A DNA stretch of 54,873 nt, the filler included, from Catajapyx aquilonaris (lineage: Eukaryota), in assembly GCA_000934665.2 (NCBI GenBank). It is 2 parts of 2 records of this genome, joined end to end, with 100 filler letters (N's around TTAATTAATTAA, not from the genome) between each part and the next. Parts side by side here need not be neighbours in the genome. Positions count along the whole stretch, not along the records: positions 1 to 27,406 come from JYFJ02005064.1; 1 more part is not named here. One strand, 5' to 3'. The number at the start of each line of letters is the position of its first letter. Within the stretch, counting starts at the first letter, position 1. The translations under genes and the position numbers were made by a program. Positions 12,080 through 23,174 of this stretch are shown here, one piece after another. Below the pieces are notes generated by a model. It did not search any database, was not told the origin of the DNA, and was given only the letters and a program-made list of their open reading frames with translations.

Positions 12080-13473
12080 ATGTTTGGCAAAAGATCTACC
12101 ACAGTTTGCGTTGAAAGTGCCAATCAGTCTGGAGACAATGGGCAATATGCCGCCTTTTGGACCGCGTTCAAACCATTGGCAATCTTGGCCACCTTTGGAG
12201 GAATCGCTCCTTGTCCTTGGCCCAGGGAAAAGCCGAGTTGGAAGTGGTACCAACGGTGGCCAACAATGGTGCACTTCACTATACTGATACTGTCTGTCAT
12301 TACATACATCTACTTCCCACCGTTGACATGGAAAGGAATCGCCAAATTCAGTGCTACACGACGGTCAAAAGTGATCATTCTTCTGATCGTAACCTGCGCT
12401 ACGCCATGGATAAGTTACATTTGGATCCAAGGATGGGTGAGAAGAGTGTGGAAGCTGCTTCATCGCTTCTCTCAGCTTGATGTCATCAGGCATAAGAAAA
12501 CCCTTCATAAGCGTTCACTGATATTAGTGGCTGTCAGCTTTCTTCTGCCTTTATTGGAAACAATTACCTTAATTATCAGGCGTTTTGCGTTTATTTGCCA
12601 GCCCTTTCGAACTAAGGAACATGGTGAATTTATTCTTCATGTGCGGCACTGCTTCTTTTGGTTGCAATTGGTTCCCATTGTGGTGGCATTTCTAGCGACT
12701 GTTGTCCGGGAACTGTTGAACGAATTAAGTGAGAAAATTATTAATATGTGCGATTCATTATTTTTGTCTTCAGCAGATGGGCCGAAATCGAATGAAATTT
12801 TTGGCGAAAATATAGAGTTGATTTCTCGTAAATATTACGAACTGTGCTTTGTAGTGGAAAACGTGGACAGCGTTTATGGAATGTGCATTTTGGCTGCTTA
12901 CTTTATGAATGCTGTGAGGGCAATAAGCTCGATTTCTGAGTTGCTGTTGGTGCCCTTCATTAGTGTGTTAGACACAGCGGCATTAATCATCAACACCGGA
13001 GCCATACTAGCATCAGTAATTGCATTTACATTAATCTTGGGGTCCATACCATCTCAGGTATGTCATCATTTTTGCGGGGGTCATCGTGCAGTTATTAATA
13101 AAAACTCATCTTTTCAGAGCACAAGGTCTCTGACTCACCTGATTAGTACAGTACAGTACAAGCCCTCTGGTCACCAATCCAAACATCAAGGCTCATGTAA
13201 GTGTTCCTGCTGCAGTGTCAATACCACCTAATTTCATATTTTCAATCAGACTGAAGCAATGGTCCAGAAGATAACAGGTCCTCCCATTGGGATTACTGCT
13301 GGGGGATACTTTTCCATCAACCGCGGCCTCTTGACCTCCGTAAGTAAGTCCATCTCCAATATTCCAGTCTCCAAGAGGGGAAATGTTGTCTCCTATAATT
13401 CACAAATTAATGAACACATTAACATGCAAATTTTCCTTTACAACATTTTTCGCTTTCATTAATCCATAGATGG
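12080..13473 (+). pseudogene. GR subfamily B pseudogene
   Basis: Exon 1 (12080-13057) open; exon 2 (13118-13196) is 79 nt instead of 69 because of an AGTAC repeat expansion; exon 3 at 13250-13339; last exon deleted after its first bases. Confidence 0.85.
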
Positions 13474-14134
13474 TTATAATGATTGATATCCTGCAAATAC
13501 CAGGTAATTACGTAACACGTAACCTTGTCCATGTAATTATTATGTAACTTGGAACAACTGATGATCAATGTATTCTTCTATTGCTTATTTACTGTATTGC
13601 TGATTATTGGTGACGTCTGGCCTCTACTGAGACGTAGGCCTACTAAGTTTACATTATTAAAAATATTTTATGATGATGTCTCATCCGAGCACTATGGCCC
13701 GTGGCACGCCTATTGATGTGAGAATTTAATAAACATGGAGTTCTAGGTGTGACAGGTGTCCTCTTCACAACCAAATGTTTATATTACTCTACACGCTCAC
13801 AAGTTTCACGATAGTATTGATCAACATGCTAAATAATTATTGTGCCTTTGCATCATTAATATGTTGTTGACGAGAGCATTGGCAGTAGGCTTACTATTTT
13901 TCACACATACTGTATGTCATCGACAAAGGATACCTTCCAGCATCGTTTGATTTCTTCTGTGCTCCATCAGTATGGAAGTTGTTGATGATGAAGTAAAATG
14001 GAATAGTAAAACGCAAGTGCGTCTTAACTCTTCGGCCTCGCGCAAAAGAGGGGATTCGGGAGGGCAAAGTTTCCTGGACCCTGCCGAAGTTTCATCCGTG
14101 ACAGTTTCTAGCATTTATTTATAGCACTAACACG

Positions 14135-14468
14135 GGGAGGCGGAGTGGTGCTGCGGTAACGTACGCGCCCACGGATGTTAAGGTACCGGGTTCGATCCCA
14201 ACCCGGGGACACCCCCTTCATCACGTGCAGAGTTCAAGGGTCACCTCTGGCTTCGTCTCGGGTGGTATATCCACAGACTAAACCACCCGGGGGAGTTCAC
14301 TAAAAATGGCCACATTAAGACATTGCACTGCACCTTGCACATCCCCTCCTGTCATCCTGCCCGTGGGCCCGGGCGTTACGTATAAAGGCTCCAATGTACT
14401 TGGCATAATAAATAAAGGTCCGTGCTACATACCTCTGATGAGGTCAGCACTACCCCGGATTATTATTA
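14135..14468 (+). mobile_element. tRNA-derived SINE (family shared with 46229 and 54471)
   Basis: GGGAGGCGGAGTGGTGCTGCGGTAACG...GGGTTCGATCCC head; (TTA)n tail; 16-bp TSD TTATAGCACTAACACG at 14119-14134 and 14469-14484; empty paralogous site near 22915. Confidence 0.9.
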
Positions 14469-14718
14469 TTATAGCACTAACACGAAACAATGTATTTAGA
14501 CTGACAAGTTAGGAGAAGTATCATTATCGTTTTTCGTTAGAATAGTAATAGTGCAACAGCTTGCTATGGGTTAATAGCCACGCACTTAAGCTATAAACTA
14601 TCCAATGAACCTTGTCCGAGTGACAGGGTGCGGTTCTTGTGGAAGCAATAATCAATGAGAACTTATTCTGTTGGGGACAAATGTTGGCAGTTGTGCTTCA
14701 AAAGTGAGTGAAGCAACA

Positions 14719-16169
14719 ATGTTTGGCAGAAGATCTACCGTTGTTTGTGTTAAGTCTGGAGACAATGGCCAATATGACGCCTTTTGGACCGCGTTCAGAC
14801 CATTGGGAATCTTGGCCACCGTTGGAGGAATCGCTCCTTGTCCTTGGCCCAGGGAAAATCAGAGTTGGAAGTGGTACCAACGGTGGCCTGCAATGGTGCA
14901 CTTCACTATTCTGATCCTGTCTGTCACTACATACATCTACTTCCCACCGTTGACATGGAAAGCAATTGCCAAATTCAATGCTACACGACGGTCACAAGTG
15001 ATGATTCTTCTGATCGTAACAAGTGCTACTCCATGGATAAGTTATATTTGGATCCAAGGAAGAGTGAGGCGAGTGTGGAAGCTGCTTCATCGCTTCTATC
15101 AGCTTGATCTCAGCAGGCATGAGAAACCCCTTCACAAGCGTTCACTGATATTGGTGACTGTCAGCGTCCTTCTGCCTTTATTGGAAGTAATTAACTTAAT
15201 TATCAAAAGTTTTGCGTTTTCTAGCCCATTCGAGCTTAGGAACATTTTGAATTTATTCTTCATGTGGCACTGCTACTTTTTGTCTCATTTGATCCCCACT
15301 CAGGTGGCATTTCTGACGATTGTTGTCTGGGAATTGTTGCACGAGTTAAGTGAGAAAATTATTAATACGTGCGATTCATTATTTTTGTCCTCATCAGGAG
15401 AGAGGCAGAAAGCGAATGAAATTTTTGGCGAAAATATAGAGTTGCTTTTTCGTAAATATTACGAACTGTGCTTCGTAGTGGAAAACATGGACAGCGTTTA
15501 TGGAATGTGCATTTTGCCTCATTACTTTATGAATGCAGTGCGGGTAATATGCTCGATTTCTGAGTTGCTGTTGGTGCCATTTGTTAGTGTGTTGGACACA
15601 GCTGCATTAATTACCATCACCGGAGCCACACTGATATCAATAATTGCATTTACTTTGATCCTGGGATCCATACCATCGCAAGTATGTCATCATTTTGGCG
15701 CAGGTCATAGTGCAGTTATTAATAATTCATATTTTCAGAGCACACGGTCTCTGACTCATTTGTTAAGTGCAACCCCTCTGGTCACTAATCCAAACATCAA
15801 GGCGTATGTAAGTGTTCCCTTTGCTTTGCTAATGTCAATACCAACTAATTTCATATTTTCTATCAGACTGAAGCACTGGTCCAGAAGATGACAGGTCCTC
15901 CCATAGGGCTTACTGCCGGTGGATACTTTTCCATCAACCGCGGCCTCTTGACCTCAGTAAGTTGTCAATATATCTTCAATATTCTAGTACTGTGTTGTAC
16001 CCGAGATGAGAAAAGTTACAGCATGAATGATTGACAAATCAATGATACATACAATGACATGCCAATAATCCTTTAACACTTTTCTCTGTCATTTTCTCCA
16101 TAGATGGCAGGATTTGCGACTACGTGCCTCATTGTTCTGGCTCAATTCAAGGCCTCTGAAGAACCATAA
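14719..16169 (+). CDS. Gustatory receptor, subfamily B, intact (~395 aa); exons 14719-15681, 15739-15807, 15867-15956, 16104-16169
   Basis: Open multi-TM exon 1; three phase-0 introns at the same positions as in the GR at 960; LTAGGYFSINRGLLTS; ends TTCLIVLAQFKASEEP*. Confidence 0.88.
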
Positions 16170-16807
16170 TGGTGCTGGTGGAGTTTATTGGCAGAGTCGA
16201 GGAAAGAATGTACAATGACCTAATTAAGACCTGCTTTTCTTCTCTTTATTATTTTTTTCTCTACCTAGGCCTACATGGTGTCGTGCAAAAGGCTGATCTT
16301 TCCTAATAATGATTGATATTCTTCAAGCACCAGGTAATGATGTACCACCTAACCTTGTCATGTAGTCATTATGTGACTAAGGATATCCTATATTATATTT
16401 ATGACCAATGTATTTCCCTATTCACTCTTATTTACTGCCATGCCGCTTATCGGTGACACTGGTCACTACTGACTGTGAGAGGTAGGCCTATTGCATTATA
16501 AAAATCTTTTATGATGATGTATTAGCCACGCACTATGTCCCATTGCAAGCCTATTGATGTGAGAATTTAATAAAGATGGAGCTCTAGGTGTCAGGTGCAC
16601 TCCTCCCAGCCAAGTATTTGATACTCTACACCTAAAAGCTCTCCTCACACCGTGTAAATTTTTCTTTCACCGTATTCCAACTGCTTCCAACTCTGATCAC
16701 CAGTTGGCCTTCTCTTCACTCTCATCCCGTGCCTCCCGCTGTGGAGACAGCCAAAACTACTGGGTGGAAAGGCCACAATATTGGCTCAAGTGGACTCTCC
16801 AGCCTCA

Positions 16808-17075
16808 CTATGCTCTTGTTACGTTAGGTGACTCTGAAATAGAAAAATCATCCACCTTTTCTGCTCCTTTGAATTGAGCCAGTACTATGAGGTATGTGGT
16901 CACAGATCCGGCAACCTGAAGGGGGAATCAAAATTAATGTCAGTGGATTAATGGCAACTATACCCTATTTAGCAGCGCAACTTACAGACGTCAAGAGGCT
17001 TCGATTAACCGTGAAGTAACTGGCCGCAGTTATCTCCATGGGAGAACCAGTCAATTTCTGGATCAGCGAATCGAT
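16808..17075 (-). pseudogene. Orphan last two exons of an A-type GR (16986-17075, 16808-16915)
   Basis: IDSLIQKLTGSPMEITAASYFTVNRSLLTS and VAGSVTTYLIVLAQFKGAEKVDDFSISESPNVTRA*; splice sites intact; no GR exon 1 found upstream. Confidence 0.8.
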
Positions 17076-18022
17076 CTGAATTAATGAAGTGCAAGTCAAC
17101 GTAATTGTTGTAATTTTTGATTTTGTCATTAGTATTTGATCAAGGTGCACTCTACTGAACATCTAAAAACATTACTCTAGAACACTTACGTATGCTTTTG
17201 TGACCGGGGCAATTCCAGTAAAGGAAGTGAAACGGAGGTCACAGAAAGCGACAACGAGCATTTTCTCAGTCTTTTCTTGTGACTTTGAACATTTTGATTT
17301 GAAAATCCTATGCGAATGAATAATAGGCCCCAGTTGAGGTCTCCTGCGTATATATTCCAGAGAGACAGTTACAAATATTGGATGTGTATATTTCACGTGT
17401 TTCTTTGTTGCTCTGGAGCACGTTTTCACATTTTATGTGCCATGAAAAATTATTACATATTACACTAAAGCTATGTTATCATAATACTGTTTAGTTGGAC
17501 TAATTAGCGCCAGCAGATTACGCACTGGATATATTACCAAATTGTTCCAGATTCGTGGGTAACTTTTTGATAACCTACTACTTATAGTGTGCATTATTTC
17601 TACTGGCTTATGTAGTGTGCATAGTGCTTTATATCTGATGGCTTATCGATGCAGCTTTTCATACATCCGTGAGTGACGATTAGTGTACATGTCGCTGCTT
17701 CCTGGAGTGTGCTCATATCGGGTTAGGCCTGCATTTGTATTTGCATTTGTTTCTACTGATATGACACTTAAAGTAATAATAATAATAAAGCTATACACCG
17801 TAGGCAGATGGGGACTAGGATGGAAGGAAACGTGTGCAGACTAATTAACACGAAGATAAATATTTTAAATCATTGAATTTACTTTCACTTCCCTAGAAAT
17901 ACAAGACAAAAATTCTGGATATACATACTTTACGTATTTGACAATATTGAAAATACATAATTATTGCAAACTCTCCGTGTCTCGATCCTTCATTATTACC
18001 GATGTACGGAGTAATCTGGTAA

Positions 18023-18895
18023 TTAATACGATCCGCATTCCTGTAACACAACAAATACGAGGAGCATTAATGATGCATTACGTACCTACGTTAAAAAGTT
18101 TCATTCAATTGAAAACAATAGTTTCACAAGGATTCTATACATCACCTGCATGAATTTTGTCTTGACGCATGCTAGAGGTTTTAAGAAATCACATCTCTCC
18201 AGAGATTCACCTTCACCTGCAGGACAGTAATGGAACAATGAGAACGGGAATGTGTTCCAACATATTGAAGTGTGTGTAGGGTACACGGGTATTGCAATGC
18301 TAACTAACCTGTTTCTACGCAGTGGGTGAACGTTTCGACGAAATACTCGTTGGTCTCTTCGTATCCTTCTTCGGGCAGAAAGAAATCCGCCACCTCCTGT
18401 GGTTTCACGTTTAAATCATCATCAACCTATACACCGACCACAATTTAAAATAATTACTCCCAAATAAAACCGTAATGATCATTATTTTGTTCGCTGATTC
18501 CACACTGTAGCTACATTGCACCTTACATACCAGGTCTAGAAAGTGGCACAGGCATATTACACGGTCACACTGAAAATAAAAGATGCATATTGTATCATAA
18601 TTAGTACGTTACTTATTCAGTTTGAAGAAATTATTGTGAGTTAAAAGTGAGCATGTTTTACACACCACTTCAGATTCCCCGCGAATTCCTTTAAAGTCGC
18701 AGGCCGTAAACGCTGCTTCTAGCCCTTCTTTTGCGCTTTCTTTGAGCTCCTTCGGCTGCCGGCAGCGAGCAGCAGGCTGAGAAACAGAAAGAAATGTGAC
18801 AAAACATTTCTTAACAATCACTGTAATAGACTCACCTCATCTTGGGCTGCTGCAAATGCTGACAAGAGAAGGACAAAGGTGGCTGCGAAGATCAT
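18023..18895 (-). CDS. Secreted Cys-rich protein, odorant-binding-protein-like (Plus-C-like), ~138 aa; exons 18836-18895, 18666-18776, 18531-18569, 18309-18426, 18146-18216, 18023-18040
   Basis: Phase-compatible GT-AG exons give MIFAATFVLLLSAFAAAQDE-PAARCRQPKELKESAKEGLEAAFTACDFKGIRGESEV-CDRVICLCHFLDL-VDDDLNVKPQEVADFFLPEEGYEETNEYFVETFTHCVETG-EGESLERCDFLKPLACVKTKFMQ-ECGSY*; signal peptide on its own exon; 9 Cys. Confidence 0.72.
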
Positions 18896-19189
18896 TGTTG
18901 CTCTCTATTGTTACAGAATGGGAATGAAGTGCATTGCACAATATCGCGTACTTATGTAGTGTTAATTATCTCGGGGGATATGGCTGCAGCCTTTCCTATG
19001 CACACATGTGTGAGTGACGATTAGTGACTATGCTTCCTCAAATGTGCTGATATAGGGTGAGGCACGTACGGTATTGATATTCCAATTAAAAAGTGATGTA
19101 CCAGGCGTACTACTGTCGGTTATAGCAGACTCGGTTATAACAGACTGTAACCCTCGAGTTTTCTTGCATGCCCCCTGATCCGATTTTAA

Positions 19190-19656
19190 CCCTTAACCTC
19201 GTAGGTGGGTGAAACACCTTTAACTACGTAGGTGGAGCCTGAAAGGCTCCAACGGTATATTTAAATTTCTGCTTATCAACTAAATTGTTATATTGGACTT
19301 TTCACATACAGAAAGTGCAGTTCAGATCATTAGGCTTCCGAGAACGTAAAAATCACACGCTGAGTCAGCATATTCCGACAGGGAAAAATTCTTCATTAAA
19401 AGGTTACATCATGCTTGAGCCGCTCAGTCTTCACCTGCATAGGTAGAGCCAGTATAGAGTCCAGGAGGGACCTGTTCCCCGTTACGAATTTTTTTAAACC
19501 AAACAATAGGGACTTAAAAAAAAATTCCTTTTCATGCTTAGGCAGGTTTGTCTGACGAAGTCACGGAAGGACAGGGGAAAATAAAATTCGATGAAAAAGT
19601 TACATGCGTTTAAATAGTGCTTGGAGCCTCTCAGGCTCCACCTACGTAGTTAAGGG
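19190..19656. mobile_element. Non-autonomous piggyBac-type element
   Basis: TTAA at both flanks; CCCTTAAC...GTTAAGGG ends; inverted CTACGTAGGTGGAGCCTGA.AGGCTCCAA subterminal repeats. Confidence 0.8.
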
Positions 19657-21343
19657 TTAAAGACGTATCCACGTCAAAAGAGGATTGTAATGTATTATGG
19701 CAATTATGGGCTGCCTAAGCACATTTCCAAGCTTGTATAACTTGCCTTTTTATGACTTGCAATGAAACACAGATTTTGAACGAATCAGTAACACGCAGTG
19801 TACTGCAGCTTTAGCACTTGATCCTTTCTTCCTGCCATAAGAGGAAACAAACTCCCCCGAGAGACATATCGCCATATGCCAGTAGGTAGCATAACAGATA
19901 AACCGAATTGCATTATAACTAATGGACTGTGACATACGGTAGGCCAACATTTAAAATGTTATTGTTGCCTTCACTTCTTCTCGTACATTTTTAATGCCAT
20001 CATTAAGCCTATAAGGTCATAAAAGTACATAAACAACATAGTGTTGCAACTACATTCGAGTAGGGGATATACTTTGATATAGATGAGAATCAAGTGTCTG
20101 TAATTTAACAAATTTTTAAATTTTTAAAATGAGAAAAATCTACCGTACATTTTTGTTTTGAATTTCTCCAATTTGGCTACCAAAATATTATTTATTTGAT
20201 GAAAATTATTTCAATGTGATATTATTAATATAATTTTAAGATATTCACAAGTTACAGGGGACTTGAAACCTTTGAAATACCTATACTTGTTTGATGTACA
20301 GTACCTTGACTGTCACTCCCATTGACAGTTCACGTATGGCAAAACATCTTATTTTCAAAATTAGCTGAAACCAAGGCTGAAACATGTCAAGCAGTTTCAA
20401 CAAGCCAAGAAGCAAGACACTTCCATGCAAGAACCATCTCACATTCCACAATCTATATAAAGTTTGTCAAGAAACAAATACCTGTGCGAAGGTACAGTAA
20501 ATGATGCTGACCCCCATAATTTTCAAAGGTCTATCAACTATGATGTTACTTTATTTTGTAACTTCTATATGTGGATAGTGTTTTGCAACATAATATTATC
20601 AAAGCTCTTCTGCAACTTGCGCTGATTATGTAAGTGCCATCTTGTATTCTAAGTAGCATTTGCAGCACAAATTAGTAATTCGCTGATTTATTATTCTTGA
20701 CTTGATTCTTGATTTGAAGCCATCAGTGGCATATATAATACAAATTGTCACCAAACAAATAATTAATCAAACACGGCTGCAACCCAGACAGAATGACGAT
20801 GACTAATAATAATTATCTGCTGGCCGAATTTACCTCCATGACAGTTTCTATACCATTTATTTATAACACGATCACGAAACGCTGCATTAAGACTGACAAG
20901 TCACGAGATATCGTATTCACACAATAGCTCTTGATGAGTAAATAGTCCCACTCCCAAGCTGTAAACAACCATTTGTACCCTGGCCGCTTGGTAGGGTGCG
21001 GTTCTTTTGAAGGCAACAATCGATGAGAACTTATGCTTCTGTTGGGGACAAATGTATTGGCAGTGGTGCTGCAAAAAGGAGTGAGGCAACAATGTTTGGC
21101 AAAAGATCTACCACAGTTTGCGTTGAAAGTGCCAATCAGTCTGGAGACAATGAGCAATATGCAGCCTTTTGGACCGCGTTCAGACCATTGGCAATCTTGG
21201 CCACCTTTGGAGGAATCGCTCCTTGTCCTTGGCCCAGGGAAAAGCAGAGTTGGAAGTGGTACCAACGGTGGCCAACAATGGTGCACTTCACTATTCTGAT
21301 CCTGTCTGTGATCACATATATGTACTGTACATAATTATGTACT

Positions 21344-21425
<82 letters not shown>
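21344..21425. repeat. Compound (GAC)n(GAT)n microsatellite
   Basis: Directly visible trinucleotide runs. Confidence 0.95.
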
Positions 21426-21428
<3 letters not shown>

Positions 21429-21544
21429 TTTGGAAATAATTTTTATTACAAGCCAGGCCGACTGTACACGTTGCGTACATAAATGATACTCTAGAATAAT
21501 TCCGAATTAAATAATGAACCAATCCATAGGACATTTATTACTGT

Positions 21545-21774
21545 ACAATTGTAAGTATTTGTGCAATTATGATACAATGCATACAAACAGTGCAATGAAT
21601 ATTACATAAGTTACATAATTTGAATAGATTTTCTTTTTACGAGGTTTCGATGTTGTTGTCATTATTCTGTAATACATTTCGCATATTTTTTACACACATA
21701 AGTTCACCAATGAGCAAGAGCATACCACCACCCCAACAACAGGTGGCAAGAAAAATCATCACACCTCTCAGTTG
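21545..21774 (-). pseudogene. 3' fragment (M4 helix, tail and 3' flank) of an IR paralog
   Basis: Reads QLRGVMIFLATCCWGGGMLLLIGE versus QLRGVMIFLATCCWGCGMFLFIGE in the IR at 4741; flank similarity extends to about 4625-4740. Confidence 0.85.
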
Positions 21775-22261
21775 CGTTTGCCTGCCCTTTCGAACTAAGG
21801 AACATGGTGAATTTATTCTTCATGTGGCACTGCTTCTTTTCGTCGCAATTGATCCCCATTAAGGTGGCATTTCTGGCGACTGTTGTCAGGGAACTGTTGA
21901 ACGAATTAAGTGAGGAAATTATTTATATGTGCGACTCATTATTTTTGTCATCAGGAGAGGGGCCAAAAGCGAATGATTTTTTTTTGCAATAATATAGAGT
22001 TGATTTCTCATGAATATTACGAACTATGCTTCGTAGTGGAAAACGTTTATTGTCAGAGAGGTAGGCCTACGAAGTTTGCATTATTAAAAATATGTTATTA
22101 TGTCTCAGCCGCACACTATGAGTGCCCGTAACACGCCTATTGATGTGATATAATTTAATAAACATGGAGCTCTAGGTGTGTCAGGTGTCCTCTTCACAAC
22201 CAAATGTTTATAATACTCTACACGCTCACATGTTTCACGATAGTATTGATCAACATACTAA

Positions 22262-22409
22262 GGGCCAGTTGCACCGGCCTCAGTATAACTTAGAACCTCG
22301 GGTATAGCAAGAATTGCCATAGCAATCATTGTTGACCAACAATGATTGCTACGGCAATTCTTGATATAGCCGAGGTTCTAAGATATACTGAGGTCGGTGC
22401 AACTGGCCC
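22262..22409. mobile_element. PIF/Harbinger (Tourist-like) MITE, almost fully palindromic
   Basis: GGGCCAGTTGCACC...GGTGCAACTGGCCC with TAA TSD; paralogous empty site at about 13825-13845 (CATGCTAAATAATTATTGTG). Confidence 0.9.
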
Positions 22410-23174
22410 TAAATAATTATTGTGCCTTTGCATCATTAATATGTTGTTGACGCGTTGCATGGCTTCGTGCAATTGGCAGTAGGCTTACTATTTTCCACAC
22501 ATACTGTATGCCATCGAAAAAGGATACCTTCCAGCATAGTTTGATTTCTTTTGCGCTGCATCAGTGGAAGTTGTTGAATGTGAAGTAAAATCATGCTAAG
22601 AGTGCAAATAACAACATTTATTGGTAAACAAAAAAATGGTGATTCAACCTCGGGTATACAATAGAGAGGAGAGGTAAATGGACAGCCGGGTAAGGGGAAA
22701 TTAACATCAATCACACCTTGTTGTGGGAAACCAATTCATCCAAAATAAATGGTGCTCAACAACCCTTATTTTTCGCTTCAAGCTGTCAACCAGCCATTGT
22801 GACAGTGTTCTGCTTCATTGCCATTTGCATCATTGCATCTTGTTCATGTGCAAGCATGAGAGTAAGTAATATTATCTTCGTGCTGAAGTTTCATCCGTGA
22901 CAGTTTCTAGCATTTATTTATAACACGACAACGAAACAATGTATTAAGACTGACAAGTTACCAGAAGTATCATTATCGTTTTCCGTTATAATGGCAATAA
23001 TGCAACAGCTTGCGATGGGTAAATAGCCACGCTCTTAAGCTATAAACATACTATCCAATGAACCTGGCCCGCGTGACAGGGTGCGGTTCTTGCGGAAGCA
23101 ACAATCGATGAGAACTTATTCTTCCGACGGGGACATATGTTGGCAGTTGTGCTTCAAAAGGGTGTGAGGCAACA

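Larger units (their letters stand above)
21092..22046 (+). pseudogene. GR subfamily B pseudogene interrupted by a microsatellite and an antisense IR fragment
   Basis: 21092-21320 nearly identical to 12080 onward; GR resumes at about 21775 (PFRTKEHGEFILHV, cf. 12600) and is truncated at about 22046. Confidence 0.85.

Noticed and set aside
14433..14490. CTGATGAG in the SINE tail as a hammerhead ribozyme core
   Set aside because: No stem II closed by GAAA and no matching cleavage-site stems; the nearby CGAAAC lies at the TSD/flank boundary
21136..21534. ORFs with poly-His/Arg or poly-Thr/Met
   Set aside because: Translation artefacts of the (GAC)n(GAT)n microsatellite
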